In this document: piece after piece, positions 58,201-64,000 of the stretch
How the letters are laid out: each line of letters begins with the position of its first letter
How positions within the stretch are numbered: the first letter of the stretch is position 1
Assembly: GCA_965242725.1 (NCBI GenBank)
Contig: CBDESZ010000025.1
Location: forward strand, 256,001 to 320,000
Source: Alkalispirochaeta sp.
GTDB taxonomy: Bacteria > Spirochaetota > Spirochaetia > DSM-27196 > Alkalispirochaetaceae
Reading direction: 5' to 3'
DNA: 64,000 nt
Notes under the pieces: model-generated
The model's input: the letters and a program-made list of their open reading frames with translations, nothing else
What the model was told of the DNA's origin: nothing
Databases searched by the model: none
Translations under genes and position numbers: made by a program

Positions 58201-59592
58201 TTATTCTTCCGGCTCGCCGTTCATGCCGTCGTCACCGTGGGGGAAGAGAAGGAGGTACTCCCCCAGGCCGGAATAGAGCGTTGCCGCCGCGCGAAATGTA
58301 TTGATCTCCGATTGGACGAGGTTCAGCCGGACTTCCGCAACCTCGACTTCCGTTAGACCTCCCCGTGCGATGAGGAGTTCCGCTTCCTGCAGATCCAGCC
58401 GATTGCGGCGCTCCTGTAGTACCGCCGCGGCGTATGCCTCTTCATAGATTTCGATGGTCTGTCGACGCAAGGTGGCTTCCAGTTCTGCGCCGTAGCGTTC
58501 ATGTGCAATTTCCAGGCGCTTTTCCTCCATATCCGCCTCTATCGAGCGGAGATCGTCGGTCCGCACCTGCCGCGGTGAAATAGTCAACCGGACCGAACCG
58601 AACGGCGAAGGACGGGTATCCGGTGACCGATCGGGAAACGTCACTCCGCCGGTTATGTCGAGGGTCGGTCGCCAGCGGGGAATTGACGCGGCTTCCTCCG
58701 CCATCGCGACGAGCTCTATTTCCAGCTCCTCGAGGGAACGGGTGACAGGAGTTGTACCCCGGAGTTCCGCGGCCTCTTCCCGGCGGGAATTGATGCGCTC
58801 CTCCAACTCCTCCAGTGTGAGGGGATGCACATCGTACAGGCCACTCCCCGGTCCAAAGAGCCGCTGCAGATCGTTCCACGCTTCGAGGTACTGACGCCGT
58901 GCCCTGAAGAGGTCGCCCCGCGCCTCGACCAGTTCGGTCAACCGTTCCTGCACATCCTGAAAGGACGATACCCCCACATCTCGCTGCTGCTGGGCGATGC
59001 GATATTTCTCTTCTTCCAGGGTGAGATCGTCGGCGGCACGATCCTCTTCCATTTTTCCGATCATGACGTCCAGGGCAATCCGCTCCGTATTGTGTCGGAC
59101 ATCACGGTCGATATGACGCCGACGAATGAGGGCGCGACGGTATGCCTCCTCCTCCGTATAGGTGGTCCGTCCGGAAGCGAGGGGGCGGAGGGTTATCGTA
59201 ACGTCTTCCTGCCGTTGCCCCTGATGGTCAACCGTCGCCGCCGCCCCAACAGACAGCTGCGGAAGAATGGGAACGTCGATCTCGGCTTCCGCATTCCATT
59301 GGTCCTCACCCGTCGGCGACCGGCGGACCGAACCGGTCGTCGCGAGGGTCGATTCATCGATCAGCGGATCTCCCTGCAGCGTCCGCTGTGCCCGACGGAC
59401 TTCAAGCACCGCCCGACGAATATCCAGGTTTTCCCGCGCCGCGCGGTCGACAATACCGTCTAAGTGCAGTGTTTCAACCTCCGTCCCGCCTGCGGAAGTG
59501 TCCGTCGGAATGTTCTGTCCGCTGACGGGCGGGGCGGCGACGGTCAGGGCGCTGAGGATGATTACGGCTGCGCTGCGCAGGAAGGATGTCAT
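58201..59592 (-). CDS. TolC-like outer-membrane efflux protein
   Basis: Signal peptide, helical repeats typical of OEP; coupled to the RND gene. Confidence 0.7.
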   Translation of the reverse strand: MTSFLRSAAVIILSALTVAAPPVSGQNIPTDTSAGGTEVETLHLDGIVDRAARENLDIRRAVLEVRRAQRTLQGDPLIDESTLATTGSVRRSPTGEDQWNAEAEIDVPILPQLSVGAAATVDHQGQRQEDVTITLRPLASGRTTYTEEEAYRRALIRRRHIDRDVRHNTERIALDVMIGKMEEDRAADDLTLEEEKYRIAQQQRDVGVSSFQDVQERLTELVEARGDLFRARRQYLEAWNDLQRLFGPGSGLYDVHPLTLEELEERINSRREEAAELRGTTPVTRSLEELEIELVAMAEEAASIPRWRPTLDITGGVTFPDRSPDTRPSPFGSVRLTISPRQVRTDDLRSIEADMEEKRLEIAHERYGAELEATLRRQTIEIYEEAYAAAVLQERRNRLDLQEAELLIARGGLTEVEVAEVRLNLVQSEINTFRAAATLYSGLGEYLLLFPHGDDGMNGEPEE

Positions 59593-62500
59593 GCGGGTTC
59601 TCCAAAATCCATGAAACTGAGAATCGCGGGTACCATGAACAGCGTAAAGAGCGTGGAAACCACCAGTCCCCCGGAAACGGCGATCCCCAGGGGCTGGACG
59701 ATATTGGCCCCTTCACCCATTCCGATCGCGATGGGGAGCATACCGAATACGGTGGTCAGCATCGTCATCATGATCGGTATGAATCGCAGTCCCGCCGTCT
59801 CCACAAGTGCCTCCGTCCTGTCACGATGGAATCTGCGGATACGAAGGTAAAAGTCGATCATGATGATTGCGTTATTCACAACGATTCCGCCGAGGAGAAT
59901 CGTTCCCAGCATGGAGTTGAGGCTCAACGTCGATTTGAATACGAAGAGACTGAGCACGACACCTATGAACCCCAGGGGAACCGTTACGAGAATCACCAGC
60001 GGAAGGCGCAGCGAGTCGAACTGAAATGCAAGGAGAAGATATATCAGGAGTACCGACACCGCCAGAGCGATGAAGAGGGAGCGTATCGCCTCGTCCATTT
60101 CTGCCTGGGGATTGTCAAAGGTGATTGAAAAGCCCGGCGGAAGGTCGAGGCGTTCCTCCAGGATGTCACGAATCTCATTTTCCGCACCGGCGCGCTCCGC
60201 CGCTGGTGTCCCGGGGCGCATGCGTGCATAGAGGCGGAAGACCCGTTCGCCGTCTTCCGATGCGATGCCGGCGACACCGGTAGACCGGGAAAAATCGAAA
60301 AAGTGCTTCAATGGAACGGCACCCCTCCGATAGGGTATGAGAAAGTTCTCCAGTGCCGACAGACCGTCTATGTATTCCTCCGGATACGTTCCCCTGACTT
60401 CAATTGTTTTTCCGTCATGATCGAGTTCGATCGACGATGTTCCGCTGAGAGCCGTCCTGACTATATTCAGGAGACCCGTTTCCGAAAATTCGGAAAAACC
60501 TTCAAATACCTCCGTTCGGGGGGTAAAGGTCACTTCATCGGAAAAACTCGTTGAAGGATCGGTAAAGGCCCAGCCGTATAACTCGCTTTCATTTACCAGA
60601 TCCCGGATTCGCTCAAGCAGCGTCACCGCTGCCGCGGGATCGTCTCCATGGACGCTGATCTGGAGATCCATCGTACGAGGCAGCGGCAATTGGGCGGGAT
60701 CCCACATCATGACGTTATAATACCACTCGTTATCGGAGACAAATTCCTCCTGCAGGCGACCGACGACCTCTTCCGCGACGGCGGAACTCGACAAATTCAG
60801 AAAATAGCGGTTAAAACGGCCCATCACATCGGCGTAGGTTTCGACGATGTGTTCCCCTGCAAGGACGTCAATCCGTTCACCAAGTTCAGGAACGACTGAT
60901 CGGGCTATCTCGTCGCGGTCGGTTATCGAAGAACTGCCGAAAAAGATTACCACCCTGTCACTCAGGGGCGGGGAAATGATTTCCCGCGGGATGAGAGGAA
61001 GTACGCGAAGTACCGAAAAAGCGAGAATTCCAAACGAGCAGACCATGAACAGGAGAGATGCCCACCGTCTCCTGATCAGGGCGCGCAGCAGGAAGCGGTA
61101 CCCCTCCCGTGCCGCGTTCATGACGGGTATGGAAAGACGCTGTAATCCGCCGTGCCCGTCGGGAGCGGCTGCCGGCGTTCCCCGCGGGCGGAAGACGTGA
61201 AAAGCCATCACGGGGACGAGGGTCAGGGCGACGATGAGAGACATGGACAGGGCAAATACGACCGTTCGTGCCTGATCGCCGAGAATGGCGTTGGTAAGCG
61301 GCGCGGTAAAAGAAATCGGCAGAAAGACGAGAATTGAGGTCAACGTCGACGCAACGACGGGTACCCGGACCTCCGATACGGCGCGGACGACGATGTCCCG
61401 CAGGTGCGCAGCATCCCGGAGGGGACGCTCATTCATGCGAAAACGGTGGATATTCTCAATGACGACGATTGCGGAATCGATGACCATGCCCACCGCGAGG
61501 GCGATACCTCCGAGCGAAATGAGATTGAGGGTGACGTCAAAAAAGTACATCAGAATGAAACTGAATATGAGGGCCGCCGGGAGACTCATTCCGATGAGCG
61601 CCGTATTGTGTATTTCTCCGAGACCGAAGAGGACGACGACCATGGCGAGAATCGCGCCAAGTATCGCCGCCCGGACGACGTTTCGCACCGACCGGTCGAT
61701 ATATTCCGCCGGATCGAGGTAACGCTGGAATACCGTATCCTCCGGAAGGAGTCCCTCCGACCTGGCGGCGGCGAGAACACCGCTGATGTCCCGGGACATT
61801 TGACGAACGTTTCCTCCGTCGATCGGCGTTGCCGTTATCTGTATTCCTCTGGCTCCTTCCATGAGAAAGACGCGTCGCGGCAATTCATAGGCAATTGAAA
61901 TATCCGCGACGTCCCTGAGCCGGACCTCGACACTTCCCGTCCGGGAGACGACGATTTCACCCACGTCAAATACGGATTCGACACCACGCCGGAACCGCAG
62001 CGTATAGGACGTTTCTCCCTCCGACAACGAGCCGACGGAGGATGAGCGGACGGCGGACTGCATCGCAGCTTCCACATCCAGGATGGTGAGACCGTGGTTC
62101 AGCATCGCCTGGGGACGCAGTGTTACCGCCACCTCCAGCTGATCGACCGGATAGATTTCCACGCTGTCGGCGTCGTCCACCGCGTTCAGCCGGGGGCGAA
62201 CCGACGAATCCAGGATGCGGAAAAGTTCTTCCGGGCTGATCGACGGTGCGGTGATACCGATGATCAGATAACCGGCGTTTTCGCCGGAAAAAAAACCGAC
62301 CCGATAGTCGTCGCGTAACGACGCGGGCAGCGTTGAGGCGATGCCGTTCATCGTCGATTCGACGGTGGAACGCGCCTCCTCGGGATCGATGGACCAGTCA
62401 AATGTGGTTGTGAAATTGCTCCGGTCGTTTTCGTAGGAGACCTCCAGCAGATCGGCCCCCTCCATATTGAGCAGTTGTGATTCGATTTCTTCCGCATACT

Positions 62501-62678
62501 GTGATGAGAAATCAACGGCGGATATGCCGTCGTGGGTAATCGTCACCCGAACACGGGGGCGCTGCGTCTGGGGATAGAGCTGAATCGGCAGCCGGGTGAG
62601 GAGGAAAAGACCGGCAGCAAGCGTCATGATCGTGAGAAGGAAGAGTCCCGTCGATTTCCGAAAGAGAAAATTGAGCAT
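59589..62678 (-). CDS. RND efflux permease (AcrB/AcrD/AcrF family)
   Basis: LNLISLGGIALAVGMVIDSAIVVIENI, GIVVNNAIIMID, RFIPIMMT. Confidence 0.93.
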   Translation of the reverse strand: MLNFLFRKSTGLFLLTIMTLAAGLFLLTRLPIQLYPQTQRPRVRVTITHDGISAVDFSSQYAEEIESQLLNMEGADLLEVSYENDRSNFTTTFDWSIDPEEARSTVESTMNGIASTLPASLRDDYRVGFFSGENAGYLIIGITAPSISPEELFRILDSSVRPRLNAVDDADSVEIYPVDQLEVAVTLRPQAMLNHGLTILDVEAAMQSAVRSSSVGSLSEGETSYTLRFRRGVESVFDVGEIVVSRTGSVEVRLRDVADISIAYELPRRVFLMEGARGIQITATPIDGGNVRQMSRDISGVLAAARSEGLLPEDTVFQRYLDPAEYIDRSVRNVVRAAILGAILAMVVVLFGLGEIHNTALIGMSLPAALIFSFILMYFFDVTLNLISLGGIALAVGMVIDSAIVVIENIHRFRMNERPLRDAAHLRDIVVRAVSEVRVPVVASTLTSILVFLPISFTAPLTNAILGDQARTVVFALSMSLIVALTLVPVMAFHVFRPRGTPAAAPDGHGGLQRLSIPVMNAAREGYRFLLRALIRRRWASLLFMVCSFGILAFSVLRVLPLIPREIISPPLSDRVVIFFGSSSITDRDEIARSVVPELGERIDVLAGEHIVETYADVMGRFNRYFLNLSSSAVAEEVVGRLQEEFVSDNEWYYNVMMWDPAQLPLPRTMDLQISVHGDDPAAAVTLLERIRDLVNESELYGWAFTDPSTSFSDEVTFTPRTEVFEGFSEFSETGLLNIVRTALSGTSSIELDHDGKTIEVRGTYPEEYIDGLSALENFLIPYRRGAVPLKHFFDFSRSTGVAGIASEDGERVFRLYARMRPGTPAAERAGAENEIRDILEERLDLPPGFSITFDNPQAEMDEAIRSLFIALAVSVLLIYLLLAFQFDSLRLPLVILVTVPLGFIGVVLSLFVFKSTLSLNSMLGTILLGGIVVNNAIIMIDFYLRIRRFHRDRTEALVETAGLRFIPIMMTMLTTVFGMLPIAIGMGEGANIVQPLGIAVSGGLVVSTLFTLFMVPAILSFMDFGEPA

Positions 62679-62681
62679 CTG

Positions 62682-63653
62682 CTACCGTGCTGCCGTTCCC
62701 GCCTCGGTGGAGACGGTCATTCCCTCCCGCTCCCGGCCGGTCGGCCGGGCGAGGTAGGTTTCACCGGGGCGAATTCCGGCGGTAATGTGGTAGTCGTCTC
62801 CGTAGAGCTCGCCCGGTGTCACCTCCCGGGCGGTCAATGTTCCGTCTTCCGTCACGACCCATACGTAGTAGGAGCCGTACCGTCTGGTGACGGCGTCCCG
62901 TGAGATGAATATCCCTTCCGTTGAATCCGTCGGGAGATCGATGGTAATGAACTCACCGATACGAACCCCCGGCAACGCGGAAAATCGAAAGGTCAACTCA
63001 AAGAGTCCCGTCCCGTAGTCCGGCTCCTGGGAGCGGGCAATCAGCTGGCCTGGTATCGCCTCATGTTCAGTTGTCATTCCCGTGACCGCCCTTCCCACAT
63101 CGATCCGGAATGCGTCCTTATCGGAAATGTTGGCGGAGAGACGATACGCCCTGGTATCCAGAATGGTAACGGCGTCGTCTCCTGTGGAAACCTCCCCGTG
63201 AGTCGATACATGGACAACGGATACGCGGCCGGAGATCCTCGCTGGAAGGGGCACCGGCTGGTACAACTCGAGGACATCGTCCCTGCGACGAACACGCAAC
63301 AACGTATCACCCGTCGCGACGGAGTCACCCTCCCGGACTGAAATTGAGTCAACAAAGCCCGCCGTCGGGATACGGTGAACGATGCGGGCCTGCGGTTGCA
63401 GACGACCGGCGACGGTGATGGAATGGGCCCGCTCTGAAACGATGGCCGTCGTTGTACGCGCACCGGTACTGCCGTCGGAAGGGGACGCTCCCGCGCCGCG
63501 GCGTCCTCCGCCCGTCTGGGCTGGAAGCAACGCGATACCGATACACAGCAGGACGATACAAATCAGGCCACGGCGACCCGCCGGAAACCGGAGAATTCTG
63601 GACATCGATATCGAATATCTCCCCTCGTACGGGGAGGAGCGCTGATGGATCAT
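62682..63653 (-). CDS. RND periplasmic adaptor (MFP) subunit
   Basis: Biotinyl-lipoyl-like VREGDSVATGDTLL; promoter TTGACC-17-TACCGT puts the start at 63653 (alternative 63605), not 63881. Confidence 0.8.
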   Translation of the reverse strand: MIHQRSSPYEGRYSISMSRILRFPAGRRGLICIVLLCIGIALLPAQTGGGRRGAGASPSDGSTGARTTTAIVSERAHSITVAGRLQPQARIVHRIPTAGFVDSISVREGDSVATGDTLLRVRRRDDVLELYQPVPLPARISGRVSVVHVSTHGEVSTGDDAVTILDTRAYRLSANISDKDAFRIDVGRAVTGMTTEHEAIPGQLIARSQEPDYGTGLFELTFRFSALPGVRIGEFITIDLPTDSTEGIFISRDAVTRRYGSYYVWVVTEDGTLTAREVTPGELYGDDYHITAGIRPGETYLARPTGREREGMTVSTEAGTAAR

Positions 63654-63737
63654 CGAGGTACGGTAGTACCCGGGCATGGTAAGGTCAAGTGGACGTCTCC
63701 CGTTGTCCACAGACGGTCGTGTCAGTATGTTTTTGGC

Positions 63738-64000
63738 ATGAATGTTCCCTTCTTTCGAATTGTCACGGCGGCGATAGCCTTTGTCGCCGCCGCAGTCATC
63801 ATGGAGTTTGTCGCCCGGTACATGCACAAATACGTCATGCATGGAACGGGGTGGTGTCTTCATTACGACCATCACAACCATACCGGCCGGATATTCCAGA
63901 AGAACGACCTCTATTTCTTTTTCTTCGCGGGCCTTTCATTTCTCCTTATTTTTTTCGGTCTCCGGGGGCGGGTGATTGAAGTGGCTTCCGCCGGATTCGG
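63738..64000 (+). CDS. crtZ: Beta-carotene hydroxylase (CrtZ-like, fatty-acid hydroxylase/sterol desaturase family), 3'-truncated by window edge
   Basis: Manual translation MNVPFFRIVTAAIAFVAAAVIMEFVARYMHKYVMHGTGWCLHYDHHNHTGRIFQKNDLY matches the CrtZ ME..HKY.MHG.GW..H..HH..F..ND pattern; promoter TTGTCC-17-TATGTT 6 nt upstream. Confidence 0.8.
   Translation, partial: MNVPFFRIVTAAIAFVAAAVIMEFVARYMHKYVMHGTGWCLHYDHHNHTGRIFQKNDLYFFFFAGLSFLLIFFGLRGRVIEVASAGF

Noticed and set aside
1..64000. CRISPR arrays, IS elements, prophage or defence genes
   Set aside because: No regularly spaced repeats, transposase, integrase or phage-like ORFs were seen by eye

Overview
GC-rich bacterial chromosomal segment. 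The gene content (GlyA with its characteristic insert, tandem cNMP/TPR protein, ECF sigma/anti-sigma/IPT-transglutaminase operon) suggests a free-living Spirochaetaceae member, which is an inference. Positions 1-30 kb are mostly housekeeping, sugar and transport genes plus tRNA-Gly(CCC). A cluster of +1 homopolymer frameshifts at 22.7-29 kb is probably consensus error. Positions 30-57 kb hold the main point of interest, a non-canonical ectoine/hydroxyectoine catabolic island. It carries a Tea/Ueh-type TRAP transporter, two DoeA/EutD hydrolases, EutB and EutC. The usual DoeB/EutE, DoeC and EnuR/DoeX are absent from the window. In their place are an M20 amidohydrolase, an EctB/Dat-type transaminase, Asd plus aspartate kinase, GdhA, PckA and three IclR regulators. 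A shared 38-bp tandem operator (TGTTGCA..ATA...AC. NN .GTTCAAATA) sits 5-8 nt downstream of sigma70 -10 boxes of four separate transcription units, with a variant at a fifth. This ties gdhA and pckA into the ectoine regulon. The window ends with an RND efflux operon and the 5' part of a crtZ gene missed by the ORF track. Many genes look leaderless, and a promoter-terminator unit upstream of slyD is a candidate small RNA or attenuator.
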